A DNA stretch of 64,000 nt from Cercozoa sp. M6MM (taxonomy: Eukaryota > Protista > Endomyxa: Ascetosporea): the NCBI GenBank assembly GCA_040357565.1, contig JBDODJ010000048.1, one strand, 5' to 3'. The notes under the pieces are model-generated. The model made no database searches. It saw nothing but the letters and a program-made list of their open reading frames with translations, and was not told where the DNA came from. Below, in pieces: positions 24,001-37,514 of this stretch. A program made the translations under genes and the position numbers. How positions within the stretch are numbered: position 1 is the stretch's first letter; every line of letters starts with the position of its first letter.

Positions 24001-27000
24001 TCAAAGCCGGCGTTGAGGGCCAGACGCAGCGGGATCGGCCGCGTCGACGGCGCGAACACAAACGTGCCCGTGCGAGGGTCGGCACCCAGCCATGTGCCTG
24101 AGCGATACTCACCGATTCATGACACCCACCCCACAGACAGACAGTCAGACAGGCAGGGAAATAGAGTACCCAGGTCATGTGCATTGGAGACACAGGCGGC
24201 AAGACCAACGAGTCGCATGTGCTCGTTCTCCGCACTCTGCAGACCTCGTGAAAACAATGGTACTTCCCCAACGATAAAAGAAAGACGGTACCTCGGCAAT
24301 GTAGCGCATGCGCGACACGGCCACCTCCATTGGCGGACCGTCCTTGCCACCGAGGAGTTCCAAGTCGTCCAGCAGCAGCAAGTGCTGTCACACACACACA
24401 CACAGTCAGAGATCTCAGTGTGTTTTTGATTCGAACACACCGCGCGCTGCAGTCTCTCGGCCGACCGGCGGTGCCAGTTGCGCGACAGCAGTTCAAAGTC
24501 TACACACAGATACCACACGCGTAAGTGTGAGTCTAAACCGACCCCGATCTGTTTCGAAGTTAAACTGACCAGCAGCGGCGGCAACAATGATACGGCACGC
24601 GTTGAGTGTGCGCACGTCTTCCGCGCGGTCGGCGCCACTGTACAAACGCGCGGACGTACATGCATGGACAAAAAAATAGCAGAGAAAAGCTTACGCCAAC
24701 AGGCCAACCGAGATGCCCAGTGTCTGCTGGAACTTGAGCTTCCAATCCACGAAGCGCATCTGCGCCAAGTCACGACGAGATGTCAGGTAGACCACGAAGG
24801 CGCCGTCCTCATCCTCATCTGTACACAGAGTGGCATCCGTAAAAACGTACAACAAGGTAACCAAGCACAGACACATGCAGTGTACCGTCAGAGTGACCAG
24901 TGCCGAAACGCTCCAGCGCACGGAAGATGGCCAACTCGGCCAGCAACGTCTTGCCTAAAGACAACAAGTCAAAAAAACCAAGAAACACAGGGACATAGAT
25001 GACGATACCCGAGTTGTTAGGCGCCGCAATCAGCACGTTCTCGTCCGTGTGGCACAGAGCCTTGCGGCACTACACACACACAGACATATGAAAGGCCCAA
25101 ACAGCACACTGGCACATCCATCCGTGCTTGGACAAGAGGACCTGTGTTTGCAGGGCGTTCAGTCGGCGCACGCCGCACTGCGCGTAGCGAGTCTGCAGCT
25201 CGGCCGGCATTACCTGTAGCACACATAGACATAGACACATAGACACACAGACACACACACGCACACATCGAACGTGTTTTCCCCAACACACACAAAGGTG
25301 ACCACGTAGACGGTACCTGCTCGGCGCTGGGGCCAGAGAGCGACACCGGGCGAATGTCGACCAGCTGCGTCGGGGCCGGGTCCTTGTCCGGCTACAAACC
25401 AGCACCGACACATTACATAGGCACACATTGCATAGAAACAGACGTACCAGCAGCATGTGACGGAAGCTGACAGCAACGACGGTTTCAACACCGAGCCATC
25501 GATCCGAACGCAGTCGCACAAAGTACTGCGGCGGCATCGGCGACTACACACAGACACGATAGACATTAACGCTTTCCGGATGAACACACATGGGATAGGG
25601 TACCACGATGGGCACGCAGAACACAATGTCGTCGCGTGTCGGTCGGCGCTGCGACAGCAGGCAAGTCTGGCGGTACAGCAGCGTCGCGCCATCACCGTCC
25701 TACCGAATGTCCAAGTGTGCACATATACACAGCTATACCAGACAAGAGGATGGAGTTACCTCGACCCACAAGTGGAAGGACTCGACGCAGTTCTTGCCGT
25801 GCACAGCCGGGTGCCACTGGAAGTCGGCCTGCCCAAAGTGATTGTCACACATGTGTCCACTCTTAGTATACTTGGAAACACACCTGCAGAGTCACGTGGA
25901 CGCGCAGCAGCGATCGCGTGATCGGTTCGACCTTGGCATCGACACGCACGTTAGGCACGAGGTGCACGGCACGGTGGATGTCCTTGGCCAGTCTATAGAC
26001 GCATACACACGCGTACAAGTGTACACCATCCAAAGATATCTTTACGGAAGCAAAGAACCTGGGGAATTGCAGCAACTCGCCGAGTGCAGCCGGCGTGAGC
26101 TCCAGCAAACGCTGCACAGAGACACGGCGTTGGACTGCAACCCAATTCACACGCACACTGAACAAAAGCAGAGCGTACACGCCAGTCAAAGTCGAGTTTC
26201 TCGAGTCGTCGCACCACATCATCCGGCTGCACACGTCGTGAAACATAGCATATGAATGAACAATCCAGAGGTCGACACACAAGACGGAACGTACAAGCAG
26301 GTTGGGCGCATCGACATCATCAGCCACGGCAGCCGCGCGGATGGAGCGCAGCACCTGACGCAGCGGCGACTCGCAAGCCCACTGACGGTGCTCGACACTC
26401 AGCGCAGCGTCCAGTGCGACTACACACGTGTGTTATGTACAGTGTCATACATGCGAGGAAGACACACACAAGGCGAAAGGGAGTACCACGCGCGGCCTGC
26501 GCCCAGCGACGCTCGAGCGCGACGGCGAGCATGGCACGCATCAGTCGGGCCGCACTCTGTGTCGATGACAACATAAGATACAGAGAAGAGACGAACACAA
26601 GGGAGGGACAAACGCACCTGCGTGACGTACGTCATGTCCGACGACAGGGCGTAGTTGTCGAGTCGCAGACGAGCCACGTACGACTGCAGCAGCACGTTCA
26701 CCTTGGCCTGCGCAAGTGCCAACATACACACACACACACACACACACGCACACACACACACACACACACAAATTGACATGACGGAATGGGGATAGGCTAC
26801 CTGCGCCGACTGGGCATCGCGCAGCAGTGGGATCGGCACCTTGTCGGCCAGCTGCGCCAGCTCGAGACGCTCCTCCTCGCGCACACTCATGTGACGGAAC
26901 TCCTCGGCCAGCGTGAACACGTCCCACATCTCCAAGTCGTGCATGTGCGGCTTCAGGTGCTCGCGGAACGTCTTCAGCGTGCCGTAGGTCAGGTAGAAGT

Positions 27001-28218
27001 TGGCAGCCACACTGCAGACACAGACATACAATGTGGTGGCAGTGCAGTGTGTTCACAATGGTCACACGTACCGACCAAGCGACGTCGGCACCAGGCGGCG
27101 CGTCTGCTTGTCGTAGCGAATCAGACCGGCGCGGTGCAGTTCCTGCCATATAGTAAGCATCATGTACACTTACACTAGCCCACGCGAATGAGAGGTCGCA
27201 GCTACCACAGCAGCAGTGTGGACGAGATCGGCGCGGAACGACTTGAGCTCGGCGTCCTCGGCATCAGCAACGCCTGTGCATATGCACCCCAGTATGCACT
27301 CCAGTGAGCCAAACAAAAGAAAAGCTACCGTAGAGCGACGGGTTCTGCAGCATGCGCACGAACAGGTACGTGTACGACAGCCAGTTGACGGCCTATCAGA
27401 CACAACACACACACACAATTGGAGGTACAGACGACAAGTGGGGGTAAGACAAAATACCTCGTCGACGTTGCGCACGAAACCGGCCACGATCTCGGCGTTG
27501 AGGAGGTCGCAGAGACGCGAGACGAGTTGCGACTCTGCACGTGTACCCAGTCAGATGGTATGGAACCAGTGACAAGCAATGGTACCAACAGGCAGCTGTT
27601 CGTTGATGAGCGACATGTAGTAGCGCAGTTCACTGTACAAAAACACACACATATAAGCACACTTAGTCATCCACAAGCATGTCCAGGCAGGAGAGGCAGC
27701 AAGCTACCGATGCGTGGTGATGATGGTGCCGTCACCCTGCTGATCGAGGCCGGGACGACCTGCACGGAATGGCACACCCCAAGTTAATTAGCACAACATA
27801 AGGGCGACACAGCACAGCCATGGTGTACCAGCACGACCGAGCATCTGCAGCACGTCGAGCATGGAGAGCTCGACCCAGTCGCCCTTCTCCGGGTTGTAGA
27901 CCTTGGTGCCCTTGATGATGACAGCGTGCGCCGGCAGGTTGACACCCCATGCCAGCGTGGCCGTCGACACCAGCACCTGTACAGGCACACGTGAGTAGGT
28001 ACAGATGTCACTAGGTTCGGAAGGCACAATTAAGGGGGCACACCTTGGCATGACGGTACAGGAAGAGATCTTCCACGAGACCACGGTCGTCCTTGGTCAT
28101 ACCGGCGTGGTGGATGGCGACACCGCTGGAGAGGATCTCCTTCAAGTGCTTGCTGTGGCACTCCTCCACTGTCTCGCGAAGGATCTCGCTCTAACAACAC
28201 ACACATACACTCACTCAA

Positions 28219-28277
<59 letters not shown>

Positions 28278-31200
28278 ACACACACACACCCCCCAATCGG
28301 GGGGGGGGGGGTACAGTGTCACTGTCGGGCGGCACGAGACGGGTATAGGTGCCGTCCTCACGCGCGCGTTCAACGATCATCTTGGCCACGTTGAACGTGT
28401 CCTATGCACGAGCGTACACGTACCACACACCACAAGGAACAAAGAGAAAGCGGAGGCAGGCACCTTGCGCGAGTGCACGAACACGAGCACCTGCTGACCG
28501 TTCTCGGCGTTCTGCTTGACCAGGTCGTAGCAGCTGCACAGATATGCAAATAGGCATGCCCAACAGATTGCTTCGGCAAGGCGAAAGGTACACGTCGTTC
28601 ATCATCTGGAACTGCTTGTAGGGTCGCTTGAGCGTCACACCCTACCATACAGACACATAAGACAGCAAACAGGCAGGTGTGAGCCACATGAATGCAGTTA
28701 CCACAAAACGCTGCGTGAGCGGCACGGGACGGTACTCACTGCCAAAGTGGTGCAGGCCCGTGTCCAAGTCCACCTGCACGAACCGAATATCGACGGCCAC
28801 AACAGCTGTGCCAAGAAAGGGGAGCGTACACGGAGGAAGACAGCGACGTCGCGGTAGTTCGGCAGCGTGGCCGACAGACCGACGATACGGGTCAAGTCGC
28901 CTGTTCGTACAGCACACACACATACAGGCAGACATATAGGTGGTGGTAGAATGTGACCGAATTACCAGTGTCCTCGGAGTGACGCAGCGAGCGCGCAACG
29001 ATGGCCTCCAGCACGGGACCACGCTCGTCGTGCAGCAGGTGGATCTCATCGATGATCAGCAGTGTCACACGCGACAGCAGCGTGCTGCGTGCACCTGCAC
29101 ACACGAACACAATACACAAACACATGCACACCCTTAACCCTCTGCGCAACATCGAAAAGACACGCGTACCGAGACCGTCCTTGCGAGTGACGACGTCGAA
29201 CTTTTCCGGAGTCGTCACGATCACGCTCGACTCGTCGATCTGTTGTCTGTTGACGAGAAACAGTAGCGGGGAAACGAGTGGACAAACAGCATAACAAGGG
29301 GTACCTGGTGAGTTGCTGGTCACCCGACAACTCGCGCACCTTCATGCCGTAGCACGCCAGTCGCTCGCGGAACTTGAGCGTGATCTCACGCACCAGCGAC
29401 TGCACACAGCGCGGACATCATCCTCAAATACAGAGCAACGCAGGAAGGAAACAGCAAGGATACCTTCATGGGTGCCACGTAGACTACCTTGAAAGCTTGC
29501 AAGAAGTCGTCCTGTTACACATAACAACAATATCAGCACACCAGGCCCAGGCAAGGTGAGTGTTTCGGTTAGAGTACGCGGTTGCGATGGCGGCCGACCT
29601 CGCGCAGCATCGAGAGTAGGGCGACGTTCGTCTTACCGGCACCTGCACCACAGGGAATTTACAAACCACCTCTGTTCATACTGCAGTGGAGATACCGGTG
29701 GGAGCACACACGAGCATATTCTCGGCCGAGTTGAGAGCCGTGCCGAACACCTGTCACAAAAACAAAAGATACACCACCATCAGACAACAAACACACTCGG
29801 AAAGGAGATGCACCTGACTCTGCATGGCGTTCAGAGCAGCCGAGTCGCCGAACTTCTCCGTCAGGTCTGAGAAGGCTGGTTGCGCCTGTCCAGGGTGGTA
29901 GGGGGGGGTAAAAGTGAAAGGAAATTAATAAGGAGCACCGCGACGTACCCACTTCGGCAGCGACGAGATCTTGACAAGCTCCGACGCGTCGACGCGCTTG
30001 GTCTGCGAGCGCGGTACCTGGTACTCGATCCAGCCCTTGTGCGGCAGCTTGACCGTGCCCTCGGGCAGCGTGAAGTCGCCGGCATTGGTCTGCGTGTGGC
30101 CGCCCTCGCCAAACTTGAGTGCCTCCAGGTTGAGCATCTGCACCCCGCGTGCCATCCAGATTACAGCGGAGAGTTTCGACAAGGACACCAGGAACGTACC
30201 TGAGCAGGCCGCGTCTTCATCCACTCGGGGCCCTCCGTGGTGACCTCCTGTGCCACGGCCACGTCCTCGCTCTCCTCCAGCGTGGTCTCGCGCTGCTGCA
30301 CGCGCTCCTGCAGCTGCTTGGCGTCCTTGCTGAGCTTGTCCTCCATGGCACCGACGGCGGTGCTGCCCATGCTGGCAGTGCGCAGTGTGGCCAGCAACTT
30401 GGCCAGCGTTGGGTCGTTCATCATCTGACCCTACGTGGATGGACATGAGATAGAACAGACCAACAGACAACAGACAGAACAGTAACAGACAGAACAGTAA
30501 TGCTGTACCTCAAGCAAAGCACGCTGCTCGCGGTCACCCTCGGCACGCGCCAGTTTCATCGCCCACAGCACCTGAATGCATATTTGCATATTGAATGAAA
30601 AGGCACACGATTGGAAGAAGAAAGTGCGCTCTACCTCGCGGGCGTTGTCAACCAGCACCTGGAGGAACTCGGCCTCGCCTGCAGCAGGTCACATGATCAC
30701 AAAATCTCACACAGTACAGCAAAAAAACAGTCGAAAGCAAGGCTACCAGACGGCAACAAGGCGAACAGCTCGTTCTCGAGGCCGCGCTCATCGTCGAGGT
30801 TCTCCTCAATGATCGTGAACGCCTCGTCGGCCAGTTTCTGTGCCTCGGCCGGGTCCTGCAAACAGTACAAACATCGGAAAACAAAAAAGGCATTGCGACA
30901 AATCGCTGGAAAATCGGGCAAAAAGGTGATGGCCCTCGGATTAGCATGATCGCTTATATCAGCACGGTTTGGTTGATAACACCTCAGAAACACAGGTGTC
31001 GAATGTTGTCGTCATAGAGTCAACCCAAAAATGGGAACACAATTTTTATCTCGTGAAATCTCATCATCCAAATTCATACACGTCATGGGTCAAACAAAAT
31101 TTTGAAAACCCAAACCAAGCAATAACTGGCTGTCAGGCAAGAGAGCGAAAAATGACACAACACAGGGCAAATCCTCAGGGAAACCGAGTTTGAGCAAGAA

Positions 31201-32603
31201 CTCGAAAAAGAAAGGAAACATACGTCGATTTCGCAGTAGTGGGTAATCTGTCGCTGGAGCCAGTGCGCGCCAACCTCGCGAACGTCAAAGTGACCGCTGC
31301 CGGTCGTTGGACTGGCCAGAGCATCCTTGGAAGCCTGCGGAAAGATACAGTAAAACAGTCTGTCTCAGGCAAAGGTGGCAATAGACGCACCTGGATCAGC
31401 ATCTGTCGACGTTCCGTCTCATCTACGTTCAACATACGTAAGAATCAAAGACCAAATGTACAAAAACAGGGGGAGGGTACCGACTTCAAGCTCTTCCTCC
31501 TCACCGACGTGCTCATCATCAGACATGGCCTGCAAATACATACGTACATGTTAACGCGACAGGGGCAAGCGCACTCATCACGGGGGGGGGGGGGGACCTT
31601 ATCCTGCAGGATGAATTCGTGGCCGTCACGCAGTGTGCGAAGTCGCTCGTCACCCTCAGTAACGTCCTGCAGATGGTACACAAGATACACAGATTCTGGC
31701 GCCGACATGGGGACAAAAAAAAAGTCTCCACAATACCTCTTGGTCGTCAAGCTGGAGCGGAATGATCTTTTCGCCCATTTCTTCCTTCATCTCACCCTCT
31801 GCACACACACACACATGCGGTACATTAACAGCAACACTGCTTGCACTCAACACCAAAAGCGTACCAGTGATTTGTGCGGCCGTGGTGGCGGCCGACTGGA
31901 AATCCCGAATCTTGCGCAGCATGTTCTGCAGACGCGAGTACTCGTCGCTACAGTCGATACACACACACGAACTTTCGAAAACGCAAGGACACACTAGGCG
32001 AGAGGTACCTCTGCAGCTTGCTGCGCTTGCCAAACAAAAGCTCGTCCACAAGATTCTTCTTGTCGGCAGGCGAGAACCCTACCATGTCAACAAGAATATC
32101 AATCGAAAGACAAACAGGTACAACGACGAGCAAAGTGTACCAGACTCCTCGTCCTTCATGATGTGCAGAACTTCGTCAGCAGCCGAGGCGAGGTCATCGT
32201 GCGACTACAGAGACGCACAGATACATCAGAAACATCAAGTATTCAGGTACAGGCACAACAGCGTACCGTAAGCTTTGTGTGCTGTGACAGGAAACTGAGC
32301 AGCAAACCCCAGGCTTGTCTTGCCTCCTACGTACACAAACACAGCGTAACGCCACGTATTACACAACAGTGCCTATGAACAAGTAAACCTCATTGGTTGG
32401 CACATAGTAGTCCTGGAACTCTGCCGAAGCCACTGATACGACACCTCGCACCGCCGCCTACGCGCACAAGGACACAACTCAAGTTTATCAAGATTAGACA
32501 AGTGACAAAGCGAACCTGTTGTGAAGCACGTGAAGCAGCAGCCGCGGCCTGCTCGCGCGCATCGTCACCACGCTCCTTGCGGTCGCGCTTCATCTGCGAG
32601 ACA

Positions 32604-32649
<46 letters not shown>

Positions 32650-32749
32650 NNNNNNNNNNNNNNNNNNNNNNNNNNNNNNNNNNNNNNNNNNNNNNNNNNN
32701 NNNNNNNNNNNNNNNNNNNNNNNNNNNNNNNNNNNNNNNNNNNNNNNNN

Positions 32750-32793
<44 letters not shown>

Positions 32794-33170
32794 CTTCTGA
32801 GAAAGGTGTGTATTATACCTTGGCCACGAGGTCGGAAGGTTGCGTAAAGGCGGCACGCGAACCCATCGACTACATGGAGACTCATAACGACACAGACATA
32901 CAGCCACTAAAAAAGGAAAAGGTTACCTTGCGCAGGTCGTTTACACTGCGATGAGACAGTGTCTCGGCCACGCCGGTGGGCACATCGGTAAGCCGACGGC
33001 CCGTGTAGCGCTGCAACACAAGGTTTGCATTGGCCGAGTAACTGAATTGATTCTTCTCGACTACAAATTACACGATAAATCAAACAAAAACAAAACCCTG
33101 GAAAAAAACTATAGGCCTGGGATGTGCGCCACACAGCGAGCAGAGAGAACTCACGAAGTTTTTCAGCCAT
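19937..33170 (-). CDS. SNRNP200: U5 snRNP 200 kDa RNA helicase BRR2 (two helicase/Sec63 cassettes), highly intron-rich; spans an N-gap within an intron
   Basis: N-terminus [23 protein letters not shown]; motifs [118 protein letters not shown]; C-terminus [15 protein letters not shown]. Confidence 0.96.
32650..32749. other. Assembly gap (100 N) inside a (TG)n microsatellite
   Basis: N run flanked by TG repeats at 32608-32649 and 32750-32791. Confidence 0.99.
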
Positions 33171-33511
33171 CTGACACGAGTGGCGTTAACGAGTCAACAC
33201 ACTTGGCACTCTTGGGGTCGACGGAAGCAACCAAGAAATTGATTCTTCTTCTGTGACCGTCTTAGAGTCTCCGCGTGAACGATATCGTGTCAGCACCCCG
33301 CACAGCGCAATGTTGACCCTGTGAAGAAGTGGCCTGGTGTATTAAATGGCTACAATGATGTACAAATTTTGGACAACAACAGTCGTTTTTTGGACGGCGT
33401 TTTTAAATAATTACAAGCACGCACCAGCGCGCCACCGACGAGTTCAAGCTGGTGCTTTGATTGCGACTCGACAGTCAGCAGCACTGCAGCTTGCAACCAG
33501 CTCAAACAAAA

Positions 33512-34762
33512 ATGTTGTGGCTGTTTGCACTTTTTGTGGTATCTTCACTGACGTTTCATCCCATTTGGCGTGTTAATTGTATTTTTGACGTGGTCTCTCT
33601 GTTATCAGGCATGCGTCGTGGCCTTGCCTCCTTCCGATCACGACCTCACCTTCCAGGTAAGCCTGTTCTGTGTGGTGTCAAGCGAATTCATGTTTTCATT
33701 CTCGTTAGGTGGAGCCGCGCATGGAGGAGTGTTTCTACCAGGAGTTGCAGATTTCGCAAGAGTTCCCCTTCCAGTTCGAGGTACCTACACGAGTGTCTGA
33801 ATGTGTTTCCCTTACCTGTGAACACTGTGCTTTCTGGCTCCAGGTGATTCGAGGAGGCCTGCAGGACATTGAGCTGCGTGTGGTGGACCCGACCGGTGTC
33901 GTGCTGATGCAAAAGATGGCATTCTTTAACAACCCCGACGATGTAGTTTTCCTTCTAGTATCCGAAGTTGTGAGTAGTTCGTTCTTGTATGTTTCTTTCG
34001 TAGAGAATCAACGAGCAGACGGGCCGCATTTCGTTCAGTGCCCGTACTCCGGGCGTGCATGCCATGTACCTTGCTTGTTGCTGTTGCATCTGCCCGTTGT
34101 GTTACCTGCAGCTTTTGTGCAGCTGCTTCAACAACAAGATGAGTCGCTGGACGGCCAAGGTCATTGGTTTCCACCAGGTACAGCTGACTCTCGGTATCTT
34201 ATTGTTCGCCCTGTACCCTACTCCCTTGTGGACAGTTGGGCGCCAAGCAGCAGCGACGTGAGGAACTGGCCAAGCTTGAGCACCTTGTACTCTGAGTTGC
34301 AACCCGCATTCTTTCCTGCTGCACCAAAGTTGACGGTATCACAGGGACCTGTGGTGGACTCGGTCATCAAGATCTCCGACAAGCTCGACGAGATCGAGCA
34401 CGTACACTCACCTTAGGCATTAGGTATCGATGGATGTGCTGTGTGTGTAGGCTCAAAAGAGCATGCGCAACCGCGAGCACGTGCACCGTGTACGCTGTCT
34501 TTTATAGTAAATCACGTGCGCTATGCGAGTTGAGTTGCTTTCTGCTGTGTGCAGGACACGCAGGAGAGCACCAACTGGCGCGTCCAGTGGCTCTCGGTGC
34601 TCGAAATGATCGTGCTTGTCGGCCTCAACCTCATGCAGATTTACTGGGTACTTGGAGTAGCCTTGTGTCAGCACCTTAATGTGGGCTATGCGAGGTCATG
34701 TGGACTGTCTTTTGTAGATCCGCAAGTGGTTCAGCGGCCAGGGCCAGCGTCGACGCGTCTGA
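33512..34762 (+). CDS. p24/TMED (emp24/gp25L) family cargo receptor
   Basis: Signal peptide; GOLD domain (LTFQVEPRMEECFYQ, FEVIRGGLQDIELRVVDPTG, ICFNNKMSRWTAKV); coiled coil (RNREHVHRDTQESTNWRV); TM helix; tail IRKWFSGQGQRRRV*. Confidence 0.92.
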
Positions 34763-34995
34763 GCACAAGCAAACAACTAAGTAGGCGGCACTGATTTTCG
34801 GTTTTGCTTAGCAATGACAATGATACAACGCGGCCATTCTTTATCGGCGCTGTACGTTAGAAGCTGATTCAGTTAATGTTTTATTTAATGAATCCTTTTT
34901 AATGAAAAACCGGCACTCCGCGAGCACAATAATTGACCGCCCGTGGTGTTGTTGGGCGAGTTCTGTCTGTGCCTGTTATCCCAGAAGACGCTGCC

Positions 34996-37084
34996 ATGGG
35001 TCGTGGTACGTTTTTATGGATTATGTGATCGTCCTGACAAGGGATTTCCGCGCAGGGCCAAAATCGTCGCGCCAGCGACTGAAGACGAAACATGTAGTGG
35101 CGAAAAAGGCCAAGGAGCACAAGCGAAAAGTCAACAAGGTGTGTGTGTGTGTTTTTTTATTCGTAGTGTTGTGTTAAACGTTCTGTGTCGCTCAGGCGAT
35201 GCGAGTGGCCAAAGCAGCTGACCCGGAGGCATTCAAGGTGGCTCGCCGGCGAAAGATGCGACAGGCCGCCCACATTCCCAACAGCTTTCCCGGCAAAGCA
35301 CAGATGCTTAAGGCAATGAAGAGCCTGCAGCAAGGACAGCTGACTGAGGTGTCGTTCGTTTGTCTGTGTCGGAGTCTGATGCGTGACCTGACTCGACTTG
35401 ACCCGGCCCATGTTTGTTCAACCCAACAGGAAGAAAAGCGCCTCGAAGAGCGCCGAAGACGACGCGAGCAAGCCAAGCAGTTGCGCCTTTTGGACTCAGA
35501 GCAGGCCGAGCGCGAGTATCTTGACCGACGCGCGATGGAAGTCGATCCGACTGCTACTGCCGTATACCCCCCCCCCCCCACCCCCGTACTACCCGGCCCA
35601 CTACCTCGATCCTGTCGACTGTGTAGGACGATGATGTTTCGGGCAAGGAGTTGCAGCAAATTTCGTCGCCGCACATCTTTCGACAGTACCGAGAGGAGTT
35701 GAACAACGTCATCAAGCTGTCCGACGTTGTGGTTGTTGTGCTGGATGCGCGTGATCCTGAGGGTACCCTCCCCCATGTTTCTTGTACCCCCTTATTTCTT
35801 CCACTTTACACAGGCACGCGGTGCCGTGAGGTAGAGACGCGAATTCACTCGCAGTTTAGCGAGCGCACGGGTCGCGAGAAGCGACTCGTTTTTGTGCTGA
35901 ACAAAGGTACACAGTCTACTGGTCCCCCCCCCCCCCCGTACGATATGTTTTCCCGCAGTCGACCTGGTGCCTCCTGATGTCGTGGAACGATGGGTGACCT
36001 ATCTGCAGCGAGTGGTACCTAGTTTTTCTGCTGATCAAACACCCAACAAACTAGAATACATGGGTATAAGTAGGCTCCGGTGATTGCTTTCAAGAGCAAC
36101 ACGCAGAAACAAAAGAGCGGCAAGGCGAGCATGGGTCATCGTGCCACGCTGACGGCGCAACTCGATGCTGCCGGTCTGACCAAGGTACCCAAGTTACCGT
36201 GTGTTGCACGCTTCTCCTCATATGCCGTTACTCCTGTACCCCGATGCAGGGTGCCGTGGGCACAGCGCAGTTGCTGGAGCTGCTCAAGAAGTACAGTTTG
36301 CGCGGACAGGACATCAAAACCGCCATCACGGTTGGACTCGTCGGCTATCCGAACGTGGGCAAGTCTTCCGTCATCAACTCGCTCAAACGATGTCGTGCTG
36401 GTATGCTCTGCTTTTCTCTGTCTTCTCCCATAAGTGTACTCTCTCCTCCACACAGTGGGCACCTCATCAACGCCGGGCTTCACCAAAACGGTGCAGGAGG
36501 TGCATCTGGACAAGCAGCTGAAACTGCTGGACTCTCCCGGTGTGATTTTCTCCAACGGCGAGCAGAACGATCCCGATCTCGTGCTGCGTAACTGCGTGCG
36601 ACCCGAGGACCTCAGAGACTCTGAGAGGGCAGGTACATTGTTTTTCATTTCAATAACGTATTTGGATGTTTCGTATTCGCATTCCCCTGCAGCTGAAGCC
36701 GTGATGCGTAAGTGCCCAATCCAAGCGCTGATGCAGGTGTACGAGATTCCGCAGTTCACGACGGCCAAGGAGTTCCTGTACCTCGTGGCAATGAAGCGCG
36801 GCAAGCTCAAGAGTACTTTTTGACCTCGTTTTTGTCATCGCTTTCCTCACATTACTATTGTGTGTGCAGAGGGCAATGTGGCTGACATGGATGCTGGTGC
36901 ACGCATCATTCTGCAGGACTGGAATTGCGGTCGCATTCCGTACTACACGCAGCCGCCTGTGGTGCACGACGAGGCCGCCAGCAGCGCCGTTGTGCACCAG
37001 CTGGGCGCGCGTTTCAGCACCTCCTCGATGAAGTCGTCCAGTGACATTGCCGAACAGCGCACCAGTGCCATGCAAGAGGATTAA
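34996..37084 (+). CDS. GNL3: Nucleolar circularly permuted GTPase, GNL3/nucleostemin/Nug1 family
   Basis: Basic N-terminus with KEHKRK and IPNSFPGK; [15 protein letters not shown]; VLNKVDLVP; [22 protein letters not shown]; [11 protein letters not shown]; [17 protein letters not shown]. Confidence 0.92.
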
Positions 37085-37514
37085 TGTATGTATGTAACGT
37101 ATCTGCATGTGTTTGTATATGCATGGATACTATGCATGCGCATATATACAATAAATTACGCTATCCGGCTACAGTGAGCTCCCCAATAAATGGTAAACTA
37201 ATATTTTTTAATCCCGTAAAGCACGGAGCACTAGAGACCTCAAAAACACATATTTTGATATGTGAACTTTGGGCCGAAATATCATTTCCCATTTAGTGAA
37301 CTGAATGGCATCCCTCCGATCGCATCGGCGGACTGGCGCGTGGGAGAAACTATGTATAGTACTGACTGTGTACAAAACTAGACGCTTGCGTTGCGTATAC
37401 GATACGTTCGAATGGTTCGGTTATTGTAAAAATGCAGTCACTCGACAACACAACTCAATAAATGAACTCGCGTCGGCGTCCGAATCGAATTCGAAGTTAC
37501 AAAAATACGGGTAC

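Noticed and set aside
22700-25050. Degenerate motifs in the second BRR2 helicase cassette (APNNSGKT)
   Set aside because: The C-terminal cassette of BRR2 is known to be catalytically inactive and divergent.
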